Shown here piece after piece: positions 6,510-12,197 of a stretch of 12,197 nt of DNA. Source of the stretch: Myxococcota bacterium (GTDB taxonomy: Bacteria; Myxococcota_A; UBA796; SXON01); contig JAZKFH010000012.1 of NCBI GenBank assembly GCA_040386535.1, forward strand, positions 114,471 to 126,667. Reading direction: 5' to 3'. The notes beneath the pieces are model-generated. The model made no database searches. It saw only the letters and a program-made list of their open reading frames with translations, and was not told where the DNA came from. The position numbers and the translations under genes were made by a program. Numbering within the stretch: the stretch's first letter is position 1; every line of letters starts with the position of its first letter.

Positions 6510-7909
6510 CGGGCATCCTCGTCCTCGACGGGGACCACGTGCATCGCTTCGTGTACGGAGGCGCGGATGGCCGCCCCGCGCCGCTCCTCGACCTCACCGC
6601 GGAGGTGGAGGCGCGCCTCGACGCGGCCGTCGGGATCAGCGTGCCCTGGGTCGCGGACGTGCGGAGCGTCGATGCGCCGCTCCCCCTCACGGCGGTGCCC
6701 CGCGGCTCCCCGCCCGGCACCTTCGCCCCCCACGCCATCCGCGACCGCAGCTACGAGCTCTCCGTGGCGCTCTGGCGCGCGTCCCGGTGGATGGGGCTCC
6801 CCGTGCCGACCGACCTCTGGGCCAGCGCGTGCGTCGGCGACGACGGTGCGCTCGGCCCGGTCCTAGGCCTCCCCAAGAAGGCCGCGGCGGTGCCGCCCGG
6901 GGCCACCCTCGTGGTGTGGGCAGGGCAGGCGGGAGAGGCCCGGCGGGCCGGCATCACGGTGATCGCTGTGACGACGCTGGCCGGCGCGATCGACGCCCTC
7001 TGGCCCACGCCGGTCTTTCCGCCGCTCGCCGCGGATGTGGCGGACGCCGCCTGGACCTACACCTTGCGCCGTCGCGGTCGTCGTCCGTGGCGGGCCATCG
7101 CGGCCGGGATCGAGCGCCTCGCGGCCGCCCACCCGAAGGACGAGCTCACGGTCGCGGCGCGGGTGGCGCGCCGGCACGGCGGCGAGGCCGTCCCGCTGGA
7201 GGACTGCGCCGACCTGATGGCCCGTCTGCCGCTCGCGGTGCGGCTCGAGTGCGGCGCGCACTTGCTGCAGGGGCTCGCGGACGGCGGCACCGAAGGCTGG
7301 GAGCCTGTCGCCGAAGGCTGGGCCGGGCTCGTCGCGCCCGCCACGGACCTGTTTCCGCCGCACCTGTTCGTGATGGGCGCGCTCGGGCGTCTCTACGCGT
7401 CGTGGCGCCGCTACGATCGCGCCGTCGCCTGGCTCGATCGGGCGATCGCGGGCTGGTTCGCCCTCCATGAGCCCGGCGAGGCCGCCCACGCCCTCTGCGA
7501 GCGGCTCCGTGTCGAGGCCATCCTCTGCGCGTCCGCGCCGGGCCGCCCGCTCGACCACTCCCTCCTCACGCGCGCGATCGAGAGCCTCCGCGATCAACCG
7601 CAGCCCGAGTGGCTCCGGCGGGCGATGTACCGGGCGGCCCACGCGGCGGGGCATGCGCGGCTGCGGTCGACGTTGCTCCTCGAGGATCCGGAGCTCGTCC
7701 GCGGCTGGCGTTGGGATCCCGAGGTGGCGCGGACCGGAACCCCCGAGGAGCAGGGCCTCGCGCGGCTCGCGGAGGATCCCGACGACGGCGCCGCGCATGC
7801 GACGCTCGCGGAGCATTCCGGGAGCGAGGTCGACTACCGGCGCCTCCGTGCGTGCGTGCTCCCAGGCGAGCGGTTGGGGACCGTCCTCGCGCGGGAGTGG
7901 CGATACTGA
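6506..7909 (+). CDS. Lon-type (peptidase S16) proteolytic domain fused to a TPR-like helical region, no AAA+ module, 467 aa
   Basis: IRDRSYELSVAL...ASRWMGLPVPTDLWASACVGDDGALGPVLGLPKKAAA...GITVIAVTTLAGAIDAL aligns by eye with Lon_C. Ser82 (6749) and Lys125 (6878) are 43 residues apart, as S679/K722 in E. coli Lon. TPR-like segment MGALGRLYASWRRYDRAVAWLDRAIAGW. GTGA overlap at 6506-6509. Confidence 0.8.
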   Translation: MTGILVLDGDHVHRFVYGGADGRPAPLLDLTAEVEARLDAAVGISVPWVADVRSVDAPLPLTAVPRGSPPGTFAPHAIRDRSYELSVALWRASRWMGLPVPTDLWASACVGDDGALGPVLGLPKKAAAVPPGATLVVWAGQAGEARRAGITVIAVTTLAGAIDALWPTPVFPPLAADVADAAWTYTLRRRGRRPWRAIAAGIERLAAAHPKDELTVAARVARRHGGEAVPLEDCADLMARLPLAVRLECGAHLLQGLADGGTEGWEPVAEGWAGLVAPATDLFPPHLFVMGALGRLYASWRRYDRAVAWLDRAIAGWFALHEPGEAAHALCERLRVEAILCASAPGRPLDHSLLTRAIESLRDQPQPEWLRRAMYRAAHAAGHARLRSTLLLEDPELVRGWRWDPEVARTGTPEEQGLARLAEDPDDGAAHATLAEHSGSEVDYRRLRACVLPGERLGTVLAREWRY

Positions 7910-7933
7910 GCGCCTCCGGAGCGAGCGCCTCCG
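7908..7933 (+). repeat. 11-bp direct repeat GAGCGCCTCCG x2 (15-bp period)
   Basis: Exact copies at 7908-7918 and 7923-7933, starting in the stop codon of the Lon-TPR gene. Confidence 0.7.
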
Positions 7934-7966
7934 AGAAGGCACGTCGCACGGGAAAGCGCGGCGGGC

Positions 7967-7975
7967 TGGTAGACT
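7967..7975 (+). promoter_or_regulatory. Extended -10 (TGgTAGACT) upstream of GTG 8001
   Basis: TGnTAnnnT match in the 91-bp intergenic gap. Confidence 0.45.
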
Positions 7976-8000
7976 TCGCGCCCCCCACAAGGCCACCGCC

Positions 8001-9491
8001 GTGACGACGTCCCGAGACGTGGAAAAGTACCGCCCGTTGTTCAAGCTCCTCCGCGTGGTGAGCGACGGCGCGGCGCGTGACGCGGAGCTCGCCGTCGACT
8101 ACGCCGAGAACGATCCCGAGGGCTCTGTCGCCAAGGTGCGGCGGGCCACCGAGGCGATCCTCCGCAGCCTCCTTCCGAAGGGCACGAAGCGGCCGGAGGC
8201 CCTCGACTTCGAGGAGATGCGGAAGCTGGTGGCGAAGGCGGCCCCCCGGAAGGTGATGGTCCTCGTCGGGACCGTACAGGGGCTCGGCAACGAGGGCGCC
8301 CACGCCCGCCCCGACCGCCTGGAGCCCGCCTACGCCTACCAGGTGCTCGACGCGCTCGCGGGCATCTCCGAGTGGTACCTCTTCGAGCACCGCAAGATCG
8401 CCCGACCGCGCGCTTCCCGTGCCCCGTGGCTGATCGCGGGGCTCGCCGCCGCGACCGGCGCCACGGTCATGGTGGGCGTCGGCGCGCTGTGGCTCATCGC
8501 CGCCGCCGTCTCCGCGCCCACCACGAGCATCGAGACGGTCGCGACAGCGCCCGTGCCGATCGTGGTGGCGACCCCGGTTCCAGTGGCGGCGACCGTCGCG
8601 CCCGTCACGATCTCGGGCGTGTCGCTGTGGTCGCGCCCGTGGCTGCCGTGGGAGGACATCAAGGCGCCGCCCGCCGGGCACGCCCCGCCGGCCGGGGCTC
8701 CCCTCCAGCCGTGCCGCGGCTCCTTGTCGGGCCTGTCGGTGGTCTCGCGGGCCGGCGGCTGGCTCCGGATCCACGCGACATGTGGCACGGCCGCGGTGGA
8801 CGGGTGGCTGCTGACGACCGCGTTGCAGGGGACGCCCATCGCGGTCCCTGCGGCGGAGCCGTTCGACTACTCGAGCGAGGAGACGGCGTTGTTGTACGAG
8901 GCCAAGGCCGTGCTCGACGCGAAGCGATGGACGGAGGCGGTGACGAGCTACGGCCGCGTGATTGCGCTCGTTCCGAACGATCCGTCGCTCTACGAGCAGC
9001 GTGCGCTCGCGCGTTTGCGGGGAGGGGATCCCTCCGCCGCGCTGGATGACGCCGCAGTGTGCCTCGCGCTGGCGCCGAAGACAGGCCGTTGCCACCTGTA
9101 CGTGGCCGAGGCCATGCAGCAGCTCGCCCTCTCGGGCTGGGAGCAGGTCCTCGCCGACGCGGTCCAGCACGATCCCGCCTTGGCGGGCGAGGCGAGCGCG
9201 CTGAGGGGCTCGGCGGTGTCGACCGGAGCGGACATCCGGAGGATCACCGGTTCGGGCGGGCGCGGTGTCCCGCTGAGCCGCGCCAAGATGCGGCTCCCGG
9301 CCTACCAGAAACTCAAGGACACGCCGGCCGACAGCGATCGGCGCGAGCGCTGCCGCCTCCGCGACGGAGCTCCCGTCGAGGTACTCTCCACCGAGCTGGG
9401 CTGGCACGAGGTGCGGACGTATTGCGACGGCGTCGCGACCACCGGGTACCTGCCCCAGCAGCTCGAGAGCCAGTTCTACCCCCGGCCGTAG
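8001..9491 (+). CDS. Membrane protein: N-terminal DUF4145/HEPN-like domain, TM helix, SH3b-like domain, TPR repeats, second SH3b-like domain; about 496 aa
   Basis: PEGSVAKVRRATEAIL...VQGLGNEGAH resembles DUF4145 (RxxGNxAxH, here with Q). TM segment WLIAGLAAATGATVMVGVGALWLIAAAV. TPR-like WTEAVTSYGRVIALVPNDPSLYEQRALARL. SH3-like GGWLRIHATC...VDGWL and LGWHEVRTYC...TTGYL. Start at GTG 8001 inferred, since the ORF-track start 7467 overlaps the Lon gene. Confidence 0.7.
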   Translation: MTTSRDVEKYRPLFKLLRVVSDGAARDAELAVDYAENDPEGSVAKVRRATEAILRSLLPKGTKRPEALDFEEMRKLVAKAAPRKVMVLVGTVQGLGNEGAHARPDRLEPAYAYQVLDALAGISEWYLFEHRKIARPRASRAPWLIAGLAAATGATVMVGVGALWLIAAAVSAPTTSIETVATAPVPIVVATPVPVAATVAPVTISGVSLWSRPWLPWEDIKAPPAGHAPPAGAPLQPCRGSLSGLSVVSRAGGWLRIHATCGTAAVDGWLLTTALQGTPIAVPAAEPFDYSSEETALLYEAKAVLDAKRWTEAVTSYGRVIALVPNDPSLYEQRALARLRGGDPSAALDDAAVCLALAPKTGRCHLYVAEAMQQLALSGWEQVLADAVQHDPALAGEASALRGSAVSTGADIRRITGSGGRGVPLSRAKMRLPAYQKLKDTPADSDRRERCRLRDGAPVEVLSTELGWHEVRTYCDGVATTGYLPQQLESQFYPRP

Positions 9492-9505
9492 GGCGGGGGC
9501 CGCCC
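9491..9505. terminator. GC hairpin between convergent stop codons (possible bidirectional terminator/pause)
   Basis: GGGCGG-GGG-CCGCCC fills the gap between the two stops. No U tract. Confidence 0.3.
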
Positions 9506-9506
9506 A

Positions 9507-10577
9507 CTACCAGTCGCCTGGCTCGACGGCAGTCCAGTCGGGCAGCAGCCGCTCCGCCAGCGCCCCCGCGAGCGCCGCGTGCCCCTTCGGCGTCAGGTGA
9601 AGGTCACCGGCGAGGAACGCGCCGGGCTCCGCGGCGACGAGCGCGGCGGTGGCATCGAGGGCCGGGATGCCGGCGTAGGTGGCGGTCCGCACGAGATCGT
9701 GGAGGAGCGCGCGCGTCGGAGCCATGTCGATCGGCGCGGCGGGGGCGTACTTGGCCCACTCGTCCGCGGACACCTGCACGTCCAGCGGGAGCGCCACCAC
9801 GAGCAGCTGCGCGCCGGCCGCCTCGCAGCGGTCCCGCATGGCGACGAGGCCGTCTTCGAAGCGCTTCCCGTCGATGCCCGTGGCGCCGCCCGTCGCGGCC
9901 GCGTCGACCAACCTCGCCCACCCGTCGGCCGAGGCGCCGACGCCCTGGCCCCACCCCTCCGTCCACCACGCACGGCGGATCGCCAGCACGAGGTGCGAGT
10001 TGGAGAAGAGCCAGCCGCGGCCCGGGAACGCGCGCGCGCCCGCGGCCATCTCCCGACGCACCGCCCACCCGTCGAGGACGCCGTGGCGATCCCGGTTCGG
10101 CGTGTCGAGCTCGAACACATCGTTGGCGAAGTTGACGACGAGCACCACCTCCTTGGGGGCGCGCGCGGCCAGGAGCTCGTCGAGGACGGCGAGGTACTCC
10201 GGGGGGCCGTAGGTCGGCACGCCGGCGTCGCGGACGGGCCGCCCCAGCCGCGCGGCGACGACGGCGCTGAAGGTCTGGTGCTCCTCGACGCCGAGGCCGA
10301 ACACCTGCGAGTCGCCGAGGATCACGATCTCGTCGGCACGCGCGGGCCCCCAGTCGGCGCCGCGGTAGCCCTCGGCATTGATCCGGACGGAGGTGACGGC
10401 GCCTCCGCCGAGCCGGACCCGCTCGGTGCCGCCGGGCGCGAGGCGCACGCCCAGCACGGGGTCGGCCACGTACAGGTTCAGGTGGGCGAAGGCCCCGCCG
10501 TCGGCGTACCAGAACATCCCCTCGGCGAGCGCGAGGCCGAGGAGGGTGCCGAAGAAGAGCTGGGGAGCGCGGCGCAC
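9507..10577 (-). CDS. SGNH/GDSL hydrolase family protein (AlgX/AlgJ-like), N-terminally anchored, 356 aa
   Basis: Block I ILGDSQVFG, block II AGVPTYGP, block III NFANDVFE, block V DLHLTPKGH (DxH). N-terminal hydrophobic segment LFFGTLLGLALAEG. GTG start at 10577. Confidence 0.85.
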   Translation of the reverse strand: MRRAPQLFFGTLLGLALAEGMFWYADGGAFAHLNLYVADPVLGVRLAPGGTERVRLGGGAVTSVRINAEGYRGADWGPARADEIVILGDSQVFGLGVEEHQTFSAVVAARLGRPVRDAGVPTYGPPEYLAVLDELLAARAPKEVVLVVNFANDVFELDTPNRDRHGVLDGWAVRREMAAGARAFPGRGWLFSNSHLVLAIRRAWWTEGWGQGVGASADGWARLVDAAATGGATGIDGKRFEDGLVAMRDRCEAAGAQLLVVALPLDVQVSADEWAKYAPAAPIDMAPTRALLHDLVRTATYAGIPALDATAALVAAEPGAFLAGDLHLTPKGHAALAGALAERLLPDWTAVEPGDW

Positions 10578-10582
10578 GTCCG

Positions 10583-10591
10583 AACGTAGCA
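10583..10591 (-). promoter_or_regulatory. Extended -10 (TGcTACGTT) 5 nt upstream of GTG 10577; probable leaderless promoter
   Basis: TGnTAnnnT on the minus strand. It overlaps one of two CGTAGCAC direct repeats (10585-10592, 10598-10605) in the divergent intergenic region. Confidence 0.45.
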
Positions 10592-10650
10592 CTCGTCCGT
10601 AGCACCCGAAGGGCGCCGATTCTGCTGAAGTGTGGGCCCGCGCGACCGAC

Positions 10651-12048
10651 ATGGGTGGCATCCCCGGAGCCCTCGTGCTGCTCGTCCTGCTCGCCTGCCA
10701 CGCACCCGCCCCGTCGATCCCCGACCGCGCCACGGGCACCGCTGCCGCCGAGACCTACGCGCCCGGCTCGCCGGTCGAGGCCCTCGAGGTGGCGCTGGGG
10801 GAGGTCCCCACCGTGCTCCACGTGCGGTGGCGCACCTCGATGCCGAGCGTCTCCACCGTGACCGGCACCCTCGGGGACGAGCAGATCGTCGTGACCGAGA
10901 CGACCGCGTCCACCGAGCACGACGTGGTCCTCGCCGGGTTTCCCGCCCGCGCCGCGGTGACCGTGGCGGTCGACGTGCTCGACGAGGAAGGCGTTGACGC
11001 GGAGACCACGGTGACGACGGGCGCGCTTCCGGCGTGGGTGCCGGACCTGACGTTCACGGCGGACGTGCCCGAGGCGGCGGCCGGCGGCTTCACCGTCGCC
11101 GCGCTCATCGATCTGACGGGCGGCGCCCCGCTGATCGTGGATGGCGCGGGCCGCCCGGTCTGGGCCCAGGATCGCGTGACGCAGGGGGCCATCACCCGCG
11201 CGCGCCTGTCGCTCGACGGGGCCGCGGTGCTCTACAACGGGCTGCCCTACAGCGTCGATCGCCCCGGCACCCTCACGCGCGTGCCGCTCGACGGCGGCGC
11301 GGCCGAGACGATCTCCGTGAACGGCATCCACACGGACTTCGTGGAGCTCCCCTCCGGCGGCTACGCGGCGCTCGGGTGGGACCTGCGGACGTTCGGCGAC
11401 CGCCAGATCCTCGGCACCACCATCGTCGAGATCGAGCCGGACGGCGCCTCGCGCGTGGTGTGGAGCGTCTTCGACGACTTCATGCCGGACCTCGGGTTCA
11501 CCTACCCGAGCGGGTACGCCGCGGACGACACGGTGGAGGACTGGTCGCACATCAACGGCCTGTTCTACGACGCCGCGGAGGACGACTACTACGTCACGAT
11601 GACCTGGATCGACGGCGTCGCGCGCGTGGACCGGGGCACCGGGGAGCTGGTGTGGACGGTGTCACGTCACGGCGGCGACTTCGCCACGGTCGGCGCGCCG
11701 GTCCTCGAGCAGCCGCACAGCGTGCAGCGCACCGCCGAGGGCCTGCTCGTGTTCAACCGCGGCTACCCGCAGGACCGCGACACCTGCTCCGAGGCGGTCG
11801 AGCTCGTCCTCGACGAGGCCGCGGGCACGGTGACCAACACGATGCAACATCGCTCGGACCGCTGCCTGCTGGTCACGTACCTCGGCTCGGCGGCCCGCCT
11901 CGACGGCGGCAACACGCTCGTGTCGTGGAGCACCGCCGGCCAGATGGACGAGCTCACGCCCGAAGGCGAGCTCGCCTGGCAGGTGAGCGCTCCGGTGGGC
12001 GCGGCGTTCGGCTTCGCGGAGCGGGTGGCGCGGCTCGGGGGGGAGTAG
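10651..12048 (+). CDS. Arylsulfotransferase (ASST)-family beta-propeller lipoprotein, 465 aa
   Basis: Lipobox LVLLAC and an N-terminal Ig/FN3-like segment. IHTDF, DWSHINGL (HxN), QPHSVQ, LVFNRG and GSAARLDGGNTLVSW are ASST-type motifs. Confidence 0.85.
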   Translation: MGGIPGALVLLVLLACHAPAPSIPDRATGTAAAETYAPGSPVEALEVALGEVPTVLHVRWRTSMPSVSTVTGTLGDEQIVVTETTASTEHDVVLAGFPARAAVTVAVDVLDEEGVDAETTVTTGALPAWVPDLTFTADVPEAAAGGFTVAALIDLTGGAPLIVDGAGRPVWAQDRVTQGAITRARLSLDGAAVLYNGLPYSVDRPGTLTRVPLDGGAAETISVNGIHTDFVELPSGGYAALGWDLRTFGDRQILGTTIVEIEPDGASRVVWSVFDDFMPDLGFTYPSGYAADDTVEDWSHINGLFYDAAEDDYYVTMTWIDGVARVDRGTGELVWTVSRHGGDFATVGAPVLEQPHSVQRTAEGLLVFNRGYPQDRDTCSEAVELVLDEAAGTVTNTMQHRSDRCLLVTYLGSAARLDGGNTLVSWSTAGQMDELTPEGELAWQVSAPVGAAFGFAERVARLGGE

Positions 12049-12059
12049 GGCACCGATTG

Positions 12060-12197
12060 TCCGGAGTTCCGGAGCCGGAAAATCAGGAAGGCAGGAATAG
12101 AGGAAGGCAGGAAGGGGAATCGGAATTCCTGATTCCTACCTCCTGCTTTCCTTGTTTCCTGCTCTCCTGATTCTCCGGAACTCCGGAACTCCGGAAC
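12060..12197. repeat. Long imperfect palindrome (about 60-bp arms around GGAATTCC) built from 8-bp units; ends in (CTCCGGAA)x3 at the window edge
   Basis: Left arm TCCGGAGTTCCGGAGCCGGAAAATCAGGAAGGCAGGAATAGAGGAAGGCAGGA pairs with right arm TCCTGCTTTCCTTGTTTCCTGCTCTCCTGATTCTCCGGAACTCCGGA. Centre at 12122-12129. 12157-12180 matches 145-168 at 23/24 nt. Confidence 0.9.

Noticed and set aside
6506..7909. Calling this gene lon, radA or comM
   Set aside because: No AAA+/RecA ATPase motifs or Lon N-domain are visible; only the S16-type proteolytic domain is shared.
7936..7953. GGCACG as a second sigma54 -24 element
   Set aside because: No GC at the required 10-nt spacing (GG is found instead) and no preceding T.
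7467..8000. ORF-track N-terminal extension of the DUF4145-like gene
   Set aside because: Overlaps the Lon-TPR gene by more than 400 nt, is low-complexity Arg/Ser-rich, and spans a likely promoter.

Overview
High-GC bacterial window. The gene style suggests a Myxococcota/deltaproteobacterial genome (inference). It probably spans a whole contig, since both ends run into the same family of 8-bp-periodic palindromic repeat. There are ten supportable CDSs. Left flank: a FAD-dependent oxidoreductase behind a sigma54-type promoter, a secreted TIMP/NTR-like protein, and a beta-helix (pectate-lyase-3-like) lipoprotein. Right flank: a divergent SGNH hydrolase and arylsulfotransferase-family lipoprotein. 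The centre (about 3980-7909) is a translationally coupled four-gene operon: a DUF3800-like RNase H-fold protein whose DE motif lies upstream of any ATG/GTG/TTG, a divergent ECF sigma factor, an unknown 350-aa candidate anti-sigma/substrate protein, and an ATPase-less Lon (S16) protease domain with an intact Ser-Lys dyad fused to TPR-like helices. This resembles the protease/anti-sigma/ECF logic of CalpL-CalpT-CalpS and Craspase Csx29-Csx30-CASP-sigma, but no CRISPR, cas or SAVED component is visible. It is a candidate stand-alone proteolytic signalling/defence system. A DUF4145/HEPN-like membrane protein with TPR and SH3-like domains follows it. All family calls are by eye from motifs; no searches were run.
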